From assembly GCF_001447785.1 (NCBI RefSeq), contig NW_015162029.1, positions 112,343 through 176,342 on the forward strand: a stretch of 64,000 bases of DNA, in the 5' to 3' direction. The stretch is from Gekko japonicus (Eukaryota). Below are positions 11,791 to 22,925 of the stretch, in pieces; positions within the stretch are counted from its first letter, which is position 1; every line of letters begins with the position of its first letter. Both the position numbers and the translations under genes were made by a program. The notes beneath the pieces were generated by a model that saw only the letters and a list, made by a program, of their open reading frames with translations, did not search any database and was not told where the DNA came from.

Positions 11791-13006
11791 GTAAGTAAGC
11801 TTTTCTGGCAAGTCATTCATATTTCTTGTAGATTGGCTGTGTAATCCTAAACAGAGAAACACTTTTAGAATTGCACTGCAAATCATGTAGAATGAATACA
11901 TTATTGTCACATTATCCTGAGGTTTACCTGCTAGCTGTGCTGCAGGGTTCTCACCCCTGGATATGTACACCTGCTCCCCTTCTCCTGTGCAAGGTTCCTG
12001 TGTTCTGTACTTCTGTTACATTCAACTGTCTTTAGTCTTGATTAGTGACCTACTGATCCTGGTAGAGGCTTCCCTTAACATCCCATTTGGCAAGGTCCCT
12101 TGACCTTTTCCTGGGGCCTTAATGGGATTATCGTAGTTACATTGTTACAAATATGTTTGTAAATGTGTTTCTGTAAAATGATACCATGTAGTACACAGTG
12201 GACAACAGAATACTTAATGAACGTGATGATAGTAAGCTCTAAAGTGAATTTATCTAGACACTCAGCCCCTGAAATTGTATTTGCAGAGCCCACAGTTAAT
12301 AGTCTTTTGGCACCTCCTTTCATCACAAGATTGTCAGTGGGTTTTAGCATGTGCTAACTTGCTTTTTACAGTGAGTGCTGACATGAATAAAAAGCACAGC
12401 AAACATTTCAAGGATAGCATTTTGCAAGTCTGTTGTACACTCTTCCAAAAGACAGCTAAGTGATTTTACAGGAAACATACTTAACTGAGTTTACCAATTA
12501 TTTCAAATTAAAGAATATCAGCTTTTGCACTTTAAGCTTAAAATAAGTCAAATTCAGAAATCTAGCAGCACCCCTACAACATATTTATAGCACATGTAAT
12601 AACAGTAATTTGGTTCAAGCTTGCTTTGTATCTAAATTGTTTTCTGCAGTTCATCTTGAATATCTTGCGTGCAGCAGCAGTCAGAAACACAGGCTTGTTA
12701 ACTGGTAAAACTGGAAGTGTTAGTGTGGAAGAACAGCTGTATCAAATAATTTAGCCATATTTATACAGTTTCCTTTCCCACTCTTGTGACTGTCTGGTGG
12801 AGTAAGCTACAAACATAACAATTCCTATATTGCAAACTTGACCTTTTTATCAGTACTGATGGAAATCAAAATGATTAAAGTTAACTGATGAGCATTATGA
12901 GGACAAATCTACAGACCATCTAAAATTAATTTTATCACAAAACTGCATTAACAGTTTAATCGTCAGAACACATTCTTAAGAGAAAACCACATTGAATAGA
13001 TCTAAG

Positions 13007-13213
13007 CAATGCTCCCTCTAAGCTCTGGAGTCTGTGAACAAAAATTCTACTTTGTGAGCTACTGGCATTAAAATTGTGAGCAAGCGATTTGGCTACTGCA
13101 TAAATTAGTTTGCTCTGGAGCCATCCTTCCTGAGCTAAGGCAAAAAATTGTGTGAGCTGGAGGCTAAAAAACTGTGAGCCAGCTCACACTAACTCAGCTT
13201 AGAGGGAACACTG
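13007..13213. mobile_element. hAT-type MITE, copy 1 (CAGTGTTCCCTCTAAGCT TIR family)
   Basis: TIRs caatgctccctctaagct / agcttagagggaacactg; close match to 27718-27923; TSD decayed. Confidence 0.85.
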
Positions 13214-13479
13214 GACCCGAGTATCTCTTATCCCCATTCCTGAGAGATTGGGAACAATTTTTCCTTGTCTGAGTTGAAGCAGAAAAATTAAGCAAAGATT
13301 CTTTCAGTTTAAGTCCAGAAGTACATTCTAATGAAGTGGAGGGGGAGCAGGGAATAAACTTCTCAGGGAGAGCTTTAACGTCTGCTTTTAAGGAGTTCAA
13401 ATTTTTGTGAGACAAACCTTTTATCTGTTAATTTTGAGAAATCAAAAATTATGGTATTCTTGAGATACTGGAGACATTT

Positions 13480-13930
13480 CAATTGGTGCATCAAAGGTAA
13501 CAATATTGAACAAGTTAAATATTTTAAATATTTGAGAGTTCTGTTTTAGTATAACAGTTGTTGGATAACACAGTGGAAACAAGTAATAAACTTGGCCAAT
13601 TGTAGCTTGTCCGCGATCGCAAGATTCTTTTATTTGAAGGTTAGCCAATTTGTACCTGTAGCTATTCGTGTTTTTAATGCTATATCGACATCCCAAATAT
13701 TTTATGGGATTCCCATTTGGATTAGTGCTTTCAATCAACATGTTGAGCAAATCCAGGCGATGTTCCTGTGCTGCATTTTGGGGGTCCCAAACTGTGTAAG
13801 CTGTGCAGCCATGTGCTTGGAGACAGGACAGTGCCTCCTACAGAGTAGAACTTGGCTCTTAACCTTGACATTTTTTTTAACACCTTCACTATAAGGCAGA
13901 ATCTACAAGTTAAATCCGTTTTATGCTGTC
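13480..13930 (+). mobile_element. Degenerate non-LTR RT C-terminal fragment (RTE-X/Vingi-like)
   Basis: EQVKYFKYL..SQIFYGIPIW..EQIQAMFL..ILGVP..LETG. Confidence 0.65.
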
Positions 13931-14574
13931 TGATTGCTTATTTACATAGTATTAAGGCCGTTTAAGTAATATAGATATACAAAGTGAACCTTTTATAAAA
14001 TAGTGGCTGTGGCTGTATTGACTTCTGTAAGACCTCTGTGCTGGAAGGCATGAGCTAACAACCTGCTGATGCAATGAATAATGTATGTTCCTAAACCAAT
14101 TTTCAGCAAGGAAGATTGCAATACATTTTACTCAACATATTTACAAACTATGGGGTATCTGAACACCTACTGATACCAGCTACCTGATACCAGCTACCTG
14201 AAAATTAGTGAGAAGATGGAATGATTGTACAACTTTCCCTTTCTTGAAAGCACCTATAGCCTCTCCCCCTTTCCCGCTTCCTTTTCTTCCTTCCCACCTA
14301 CCACCCAAACTATCTTTATCTGGCCCCCTGTCTTCAGCTTTTCCTCCTTCCCTCCCCCTGGCAGCCTCTACCTAGGAAAACTGTGGCCCAGTTGCACACT
14401 GAGGAACCAGCAAGGAATTTGGGAGGACCTCACTTTCCCCTGTTTATCCCTCCCCACACTATGTCCTCTGTCCCTACCCTTGGAAATCCCCATATCCTCA
14501 CCTTTCCCGGCTTCCTTCTACTTTCCTACCCACCAAGCAACCTAACTTTTATCTGCGTGCCATATTCAGATATA

Positions 14575-14790
14575 TTTATTTACTTCATTTATACCCCATC
14601 TTTCTTAACAATGGGGGCCCAAAGCAGCGTATCGTTCTCCTTCAGTCCATTTTATCCTCACAAAAAACCTGTGAGGTAGGTTAGGCTGAGAATGTGTAAT
14701 GGGCCCAATCACCCAGTGAGCTTCTATAGCAGAGTGGTAATTCAATCCTTGATCTCCCAGATCCTAGTTTGAAACTCAAACCACTACATC
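14575..14790 (-). mobile_element. Old Squam3-like tRNA-derived SINE
   Basis: Reverse complement gives tgtagtggtt..ctaggatctgggaga head and ggggtataaat..taaata tail. Confidence 0.7.
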
Positions 14791-15257
14791 ATAAGGACAT
14801 AAGAGATGCCAATGTTGGATCAGGCCAAAGGCCCATCCAATCCAACACTCTGTATCAAACTGTGCCATCAGCAGGTCCACCAGTGGGGCCAGGGCATTAG
14901 AAGCCCTCCCACTGTTGACCCCCCCAAGCACCAAGAAGACAGAGCATCACTTGCCCCAGACTGAGAGGTCCTATCTATACCTTGTGGCTAATAGCCACGG
15001 ATGGACCTCTGCTCCATATGCTTATCTAATTCCCTTTTGAAGCCGTCCATGCTTGTGGCTGCCACCACTTCCTGTGGCAGTGAATTCCATGTGTTAATCA
15101 CTCTTTGGGTGAAGAAGTACTTCCTTTTATCCATTCTAACCCGACCGCTCAGCAATTTCATGGAGTGCCCACGAGTTCTTGTATTGTGAGAAAGGGAGAA
15201 AAGTACCTCTTTCTCTACCTGCTCTTTCCCATGCATAATCTTATAAACCTCAATCAA
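14791..15257 (-). mobile_element. CR1 LINE 3' end (5'-truncated)
   Basis: MIEVYKIMHG..RTRGHSMKL..FFTQRVINTWNSLPQEVV; 3'UTR with cttatg tail. Confidence 0.92.
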
Positions 15258-15678
15258 TCATACTGGCTTTCACAGGGTGGCTGCTGTTGGACAGTAGCAA
15301 GCAGCCAGGCCTGGGTGAGTTAGGCCATTCAAATGGTCATCTGGCAGTTGCTGTCAGGCCTGACTCCAATAAGTCCTCCCTCAAGGCCAGGACAGCCCTG
15401 GAAAGGGCCCTGTCCTCTCCCTGAGTTTCACTGACAGAAACCAAGGACTGAAAAGCTGGCAATAGTGTTGCAGTTGCCTAGTAAACTCCCACAATGGCCA
15501 CTGAGTTTTTTAATATCATGTGTGCTGCTTCTATTTGCATTTTTTTAAAAATCCACAGATCTTTAAAAAGTGGGGCTTTTCTCAGGTTTGTAGAAAGAGC
15601 TGTCTTGTCTGTTCATGGTTTCAGTCTCTGGATTTAAACATCCACAGATTTGGTTGTGTTGAGAATTATATATATTGA

Positions 15679-16814
15679 CTAGGAATAAGGCCCGTTGTGG
15701 AAATAAATACAGTGAGCTCTAGAAAGAGGCTCTGGGCAGGTGCCTCAGCCTTGAGCACTCAGTGTCAATTTGCTGAGTGATCTCCAGCCCTCATTCACCA
15801 GGAGGGAATGGCTGGTTTGGAGGGCGGAGTCTATGGCATTGTACCTGTCTGAGGTCCCACCCCACCTCCAGGCTCCACCCCTCAAATCTCCAGGAATTTT
15901 CCAACCTGGAGTTGGCAACCCTATCTCCTTCCCAGCCAACCATCAACCTACCTTGATCTGCCCCTTTGACTTCAGCTTTCCATTTCCTCCTTCCCTCCCT
16001 GCTGGGGAGCAGTTGTAATTCTAAGTGATCTCCAGCCCCCACCTGAAGATTGGCAAAAATGGTTCCCTAGGAGGGACTGGCTGGTTTGGAGGGTTGAGTC
16101 TATGGCATTATATCTGTCTGAGCTCCCACCCCTTCTGGAACTTCACCCTCTCCAAGCTCCACCCCTCAAATCTCCAGGCATTTCCAACCTGGAGTTGGCA
16201 ACACTATCTCCTTCCCAGCTAATCATCAACCTACCTTTATTTCCCCCTTATTCTTCAGCTTTCCAAAAAAAACCCCACCTGCAGCCTCTACCATGCTCTG
16301 AAGCCCTGACTGCTACGTCACATTGGCTATCATACAGGGGCCATCTCAGCAGGATAGAAGGACACAGAGTCCACCATTTTCTCCAGGGGAACTGATCTCT
16401 GCAATCTGGAAAGCAGTTGTAATTTTGAGTGATCTTCAGCTCTCACCTGGAGATTGGCAACAATGGTTTCCCCCAACAGGCACTAAGGGGAAATGTATTT
16501 TACCTCAGAACAGCAACAGCAAACTGTTTAGAATGTTAGAGGCAAAGGCCAATGAGACCGCATATGCACACGACCTCTGTGTTCCGAAGCAAAGGCCAAT
16601 CAGGCCACATATGCAAATGACCTCTGTGTTCTGGCTGGCTATGGGGGGGAGAGGAACAGCAAACTTTTTAGAATGTTGGAGGCAGGACTCAGGCAACGCA
16701 ACCAGTGGATAGGGAGACCCTCTGAATGACAGATCAGGGAGCCAACAGATTTGGGAGCGTGTTGGAATGTTCACGGGAGTCCATGACCAAAACAGAGTTA
16801 TATATAAGGAGAGA
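15679..16814 (-). mobile_element. Non-autonomous Helitron (1136 bp)
   Basis: Minus strand starts TCTCTCCTTATATATAA and ends with an imperfect hairpin (..acaacgggc) then CTAG; inserted between A and T, no TSD. Confidence 0.78.
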
Positions 16815-17308
16815 TATGGATGCTTTGTGAAACAGCAGAATGTTCAGAAATTGTAAGAACACTGTGTGAACTGTTTTTATATCTGTAGGACAAATGTGTA
16901 CTTGTTTGTACTAGGGCTTGATGAATTATCCATAAAGTTTCTTATTGGGTGAAAACTGTTTACTTTAAGTCAAAGGGTAATTACTGTAGTCCAATACAGA
17001 AAAAAATGAAATATTTTTCCTTGTGTCAACTGTTTATACTTTTATTGACTCTTATCTTCCACATCATATTGTATATGTCTGTGCATTGAAATCTTTGTGG
17101 CTAATTAGTGAACATATTCAGCAAAATTCAAAATTATATGAGAAATGTTAATCTTTGATCTAAAATGCTTTTTTTCTCTCTCTTTGTTCCTCATAAGATT
17201 TGATACTGTCCAGATATCCTTTTTTGTTAAAGTTAACTGCCTGAATAATTGAGATTTTGTTCATGTGGCTTTCATTCCCTTCAATTATTTTTGTTTTCTG
17301 ATTCACAG

Positions 17309-17418
17309 AATTAAAAGAAATTGTGTTTGTCATCCAGAGCCAAAGGAATTCTTTTCATTCAAAGAGAGCAGATGACCTAAAACAAAATATTTTAAAACAG
17401 GCTGCAGTTCTTGGAAAG
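17309..17418 (+). CDS. B3GLCT: B3GLCT coding exon 4 (110 nt)
   Basis: cacAG/gtatga. (E)[36 protein letters not shown] matches human [32 protein letters not shown]. Confidence 0.96.
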
Positions 17419-17769
17419 GTATGAGTAGATACAGTGGTAAATCTGATGATTAACTACATATAAACCTTCACATTCGAGAAATATGATGTATGCATTATGG
17501 ATTTCCTCCATTTTATAATTCTTCACTGGATAGTTCTTACCCATTTCACCTGTCAGCCACCCTTTCTGAGGATTACAAAGAAGACAATGTAACACTTCTT
17601 TTTAGAAAGGTATCTGGAGGAGATCCAGGAAATTACAAGCAGTAAAGGTACTTCATTCCTCCATCCATCAGACAGCTTTTCATACTTCTTAGAAGGGGAA
17701 GGATGTGCACTCAGATAATAAAAAGTCTGCAATAAATAGGAAACAAGGCTCTCTAGAGATGGTTTCAGA

Positions 17770-17888
17770 GGGGTAACTGCGTTAGTGTGTTGTAGCAAAA
17801 TAAAACTAAAGTCCAGTGGCACTTTAAGACTAGCAACATTTATTCCAGCATGAGCTTTTGTGATTCAGAGCTCACCTCTTCAGATGCT
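17770..17888 (-). mobile_element. Penelope-like terminal repeat fragment with decayed minimal hammerhead ribozyme
   Basis: Reverse complement gcatCTGAAGAggtga..tcacaAAAgctcatgc followed by aataaa..tagtcttaaagtgccac, the typical reptile Penelope terminal sequence. Confidence 0.7.
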
Positions 17889-19017
17889 ATTAGCCGAAAA
17901 TAATTTTCTGCATTTTTATAAATAGAATTATAAAAGGGAAGGGGGGCTTGGTGTGGATCTTGTCCTAAATCTTTCAGGTGTGATTTTCTGTGAAAGAGCC
18001 TGAAACACATTAGACATAATGGATGACGAGGGAGGTTCGAGATTCCAGCCTTTCTAACATGTGAACTATTAAGTTACGGCATTTGTGTTAACAAAAAGGT
18101 GTTACTGGTGTGGCTGTTTGTACCACTGCTTCTTGGAACCCCACCCCCTTGACAAATGTTCATGGTATCATGAACAAATTCCCCAACCAGGCATGGCCAG
18201 CCTGAACTCTCAGTGAGCGTGTGTGCGCGCGTTTGTGTCTAACCCTGGATGCACAAGTTATTTCAGTAAATCTTTATTTTGTTTAAAAGTATCCTTGCCT
18301 GGGAATCCCTGTTCACTGCTGGATCTGAACCTGCAAGGTCTGGAGCCCTGCAGTTGGGTCTGATCAGTCTGGGGACATGAGGGTCTAGGACTTCAGGTGC
18401 TATTTTGTACCTAACCAGTGGAGAAGTGGAATAAAGTTCCAGAGAGGAATAGGATCTTGTGGTTGGCAGAGTCTTCTGTGCAAAACCAAGCGAGGCACAG
18501 TTTGGTTGAATGCTTCATAACTGAAGATTCTTTTTGATCCATGTAGGCTTTGTGAGGTGATTCCTTTTCTGTGTACTCATAATCCTAACCTGCTTTAGGT
18601 AGAGCTTCTGCTTTTTTCTAACGATATTTCCCTGTGTATGGTTTTAAAAGCATAGCAAAAATATTTATAGCAAAACAAAACTTCTTCGGAATGTTCTGTT
18701 GTGTTCCTGAACGTCAGATGGGTGTCCCATTCCAGATGTTAATAATTAGATGCTTTTAATAGGTATATTTAGGAGGAGTACTAAATTCTGTCAGTTGGAA
18801 TCAAAATCCAGTATTTTATGGGTACATGATTGGTGGAATTTGTAGCACTGCAACTAGTGAGAAAGGTCCCTTTTAGGAACAAAAACAGCAATTGGGAATT
18901 GAGAAGTGACAGGTTGGGAAGTTAAGACTGAAGAGAATAAGCAATGAGATTTTGTAGTTAGAAAGAAAGGAAAATGTTATGTTAAAAGTTAGTATAAACC
19001 GGTTAAGGTTACAGTTA

Positions 19018-19299
19018 AGAGCCAGTTTGTTGTAGTGGTTAGGAGTGCGGACTCTAATCTGGGAGAACCAGGTTTGATTCCCCACTCCTCCACATGCAAC
19101 TGCTGGTGTGACCTTGGGTCAGTCACAAGTTCTCACAGAGCTGTTCTCTCAGGAGCAGTTCTCAAAAGAGCTCTCTCAGCCCCACCTACCTCACAGGGTG
19201 TGTGTTGTGGGGAGGGGAAGGGAAAGGAGATTGTAAGGTGCTCTGAGACTCCTTTGAGTAGTGAAGGGCGAGGTACAAATTCAGTGTCCTCTTCTTCTT
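19018..19299 (+). mobile_element. Squam3B-type gecko SINE
   Basis: agagccagttt..tgtagtggtta (A box), ggtttgattcc (B box), (ctt)n tail; four similar copies in the window. Confidence 0.88.
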
Positions 19300-19905
19300 A
19301 ACCATTTAGAATATGTTAGTGTACTATTGCTGTTAAAATTAGTCAAGAGTCAGGGTAAGCAACCCTTTTGGCCTGAGTGCTAAAAAAAGCTCTCAGCATT
19401 TACCAGATTCCAGCAAACAAAGGTGGTGGGGTGGGAGATGAGACCTGCAGTTGACCAGAGATCATGAGTACTCCATGGTTTTGCTTTTAGTAATTAATTA
19501 TTTAAAAATAAAGTTTTGTTTAGAATAACTTTCTAATCTCTCATGCTTGTTTCCCACTTATTAGGTACAGGGCAGGAGGTGGTTTGTCTCTAAACTGCCA
19601 CTTCAGTATAAGCTTTGGTAAAGCTGATGCTGTGTTCTGAGATGTGTGGTTTAACGAAAATCTGAGTGGTGTAAGTGGAAAGGAGGCAGAGGTTCAGTCG
19701 TCTGCTATGTACACAAAACAATGGGGGTGCTGCTGGCCATTTCACCACAGCAGATCAAACTTAAAATGACTCTGAGAAATACCATAATATATCCCCCCTT
19801 TAAAAAATTAAACAATTCACATTGGTTCAGAATTTTGCATCTGAGTGGACTATAAATGAAGTAAATAAAAGAACCAAATGGCTTTAGAATCTGTATTTAT
19901 TATTA

Positions 19906-21470
19906 ATCGAGAGGGCGGTGGCGGTACAGCTACAGAGCTTTCTGGATGATGCTTCCACCTTAGACCCCTTCCAGTCCAGCTTTCGCCCGGGGCATGGGAC
20001 AGAGACAGCCCTTACTGACGACCTCTGGAGGCATCTGGATCGAGGTGGTGTGGCAGTATTGCTGTTGTTAGATCTGTCGGCCGCGTTTGATACGGTTGAC
20101 CATCAGCTGCTGACCCACCGTCTTGCTGACGTGGGGATACAGGGGCTTGCCCTTCAATGGCTTGCCTCTTTTCTCCAGGGTCGGGGACAAAGGGTGGCGC
20201 TAGGGGAACAGCAGTCCCGAAGGCACCCGCTTGAATGCAGCGTGCCCCAGGGGGCTGTGCTTTCCCCAATGTTGTTTAACATCTATATGCACTCCCTTGC
20301 CCAGATTGCCCGGAGGTATGGGCTAGGGTGTCATCAATATGCAGATGACACCCAGCTCTATCTGATGTTGGGTGGCCGGTCGGACTCCAGCCCAGAAGAT
20401 CTTAACCGGGCATTACAAGCCGTGGCTGTTGGCTTAGACTGAGCCGGCTGAAACTAAACGCAGTGAAGACGGAGGTCCTGTGCCTAAGTCGGTGTGGTTT
20501 GGGGACGGGGTTCCCTCTCTCAGCCTTTGATGGGGCACCTTTGGTGCCAGCGCCAGAGGTTAGGAGTCTGGGAGTGCACCTGGATTCCTCCCTAACTATG
20601 GAGGCCCAGGTGGCAGCCGCCGCCAGCTTGGCTTTTTATCACCTATGGCTGATTCAGCAGTTGGTCCCCTTCCTCGACGACCTGGCTACAGTAATCCATG
20701 CAACCGTCACCTCGAGATTAGACTACTGTAACGCTCTCTACATGGGGCTGCCTTTATCGCAAGTTCGGAAGCTGCAGTTAGTGTAGAATGCTGCAGCCAG
20801 GCTTCTGATGGGTTTCCCTAGATGGGAGCACATTCGGCCTGTGCTGAAAGCGCTGCACTGGCTGCCAATAGCTTTCCGAATTCGCTTCAAGGTCCTGGTA
20901 CTTACCTTTAAAGCCCTACATGGCCAGAGTCTGACGTACCTGAGGGACCGCCTTTCCCCATACATACCCCAGAGAGCACTACGGTTGGGGGCCCAACATC
21001 GCGTAGTGATCCCAGGCCCCAGGGAGGCTAGGCTTGTTGCAACCAGGGCCAAGGGCTTTTCAGTGGCGGCTCCTACCTGGTGGAATGAGCTCCCAGAGGA
21101 GATCAGGGCCCTGTGGGACCTTTCACAGTTCTACAGGGCCTGCAAGACAGAGCTCTTCCGCCAGGCTTTTAATTAGGAACCGCCACTACCACCACCAACA
21201 ACTATCTTGTGGTAACAACGGGGTGATGGGATGGATCAGTACAAAGATCTAGCTACAGTACTGCGATGGTTCGGTGTCGTTGAAGTGGGCTTTTGGGGAA
21301 CATCTATAGGTCACCATCCTGATTTGATTAAATTGGTAACATCATTGAGCACTTTATTATTGTTAAATGTGGTTGTTTTATATTTGGCACATGCTGCCCC
21401 TGTTTGTAAGCCGCCCTGTGCCCGCTCACAGGGAGGGTGGAATATAAGTGTAATAAATAAATAAATAAAT
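19906..21470 (+). mobile_element. L2 LINE 3' part (RT, 3'UTR, (AAAT)n tail)
   Basis: DPFQSSFRPGHGTETAL, LLDLSAAFDTVDH, VPQGAVLSP, YADDTQLY, SRLDYCNALY, LHWLPI..RIRFK; stops and frameshifts. Confidence 0.95.
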
Positions 21471-22724
21471 TAGAATTATTTATTAACCATGTCTCTGTGT
21501 AGCAAATTGAAACTGGCTTACTATAAAATTAACATAACCTAAATATGATAAGCAACATGCTTCCATATTAAAGAATCAGAATTTTGAATTATCTTCATCC
21601 GCTGTTCTTTAACTCTTGCAATTTTGAAGTCCAGTTATTAAGAGCATGATTGTTATATGAGTTACAGGCTGTTAAAATATCGGGGGGGGGGCGGTTCCGG
21701 GAGGTCTTGTAGTTTGGCCCTGATTGCCTATTACAACTATAGTGGATTAGAGGCAGGGAGTAGAGTTTATTCCAAGTAAAATGTCTATTCTGCAGCTTAG
21801 ATGGATATTGGAAAGCTTTGACAGCACAAAATGTGGATCCAACTATGATGCTTTAATGGCATTTCAGACTCTGATTCCACTTACCTGTCACAAGGTTTTA
21901 CTTGTTGGAACAGGACAATAATGTCAGATGAGAAACCCTATATGTAAATGATGCAAAAAACAAATATGGGATCCAAATACTTTTTGCATGCCAGGTAGAA
22001 GCTCTGCTTGACAGCTACAGAAGTAACAGCTCATTGGTGTTGCTGTGCTTGAATGTAGTGACCTGACCTAGAAATTTTGGTGGATTGGAATGTTAATTTG
22101 GGGATCAGTACGGAAAGCATCTAGTCTAGAGAAAAGGGGTGGTGGGCAGGTTGCAGATGAGCGTTTTCAGCTTTTAGCACAAAATCTGCTCTCTAAGTAT
22201 AGCCATGCATTTACTGTTTCATCTGCAGTTTCACCTCCTTTAATAATTTAAAAAGTGCTAGGTTACCACTAGATGTCAGCATTATGTACCTTGTTAAAAT
22301 GTAATTGGTTTTTTTGCTTTGCAAGTTTTGGAAAAATTCTATGCAAAGGTTGCTTGAAAATCAGTTATCGCCAAATGAAGATGTGTTAAGCATGACAACA
22401 GAATTTGCTCATGTCTGCTGTATTCTGTGATTAACATTGCAATTACTGTCCATTCATACATATATGTATTACATTTCTGGTTGTCCAAGAAATGTAAGGC
22501 AGCATATTGGTTCTTGTCTCCAGAGCTTAGGCTCCCAAGTTCTCATTGTTACCCATAGGCCAGCTGTGTCTGTGGGCAAAGCTTTGGCATACTACTTGTG
22601 GCCTGCAGAGCTTGTAATGCCTGTCCCGTTTCCTTCCCATTAATGACCTTAGAATAAGATTGGGTCTCCGACCAACTGGTCAAATACTGTTAATTGGCAG
22701 CCTATTGTCAAAGATTTCATGAAG

Positions 22725-22925
22725 AGAACCAGTGTCATGTAGTAATTAGTTTACTGGCCTAGGACCTGGGTGACCCAAGTTAAATCCAGTCTGTGCCATG
22801 AAGCTAACTGGGTGATTTGGGCCAATTACTTTGTCTCAGTCTCACCTACCTCAGAGGGTAAGGTGGAGGTAGGGGAAACCATGTGTGCCACCCTAAGCAT
22901 CTTGAAAGAGGGGTGGGCTAAACAT
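22725..22925 (+). mobile_element. Old Squam3-like SINE
   Basis: gagaaccagtgtcatgtagt..ctaggacctggg head; cacctacctca core. Confidence 0.6.

Noticed and set aside
19018-19100. tRNA-like sequences with A and B boxes (also 38950, 53151, 60381)
   Set aside because: SINE heads with body and tail, not tRNA genes.
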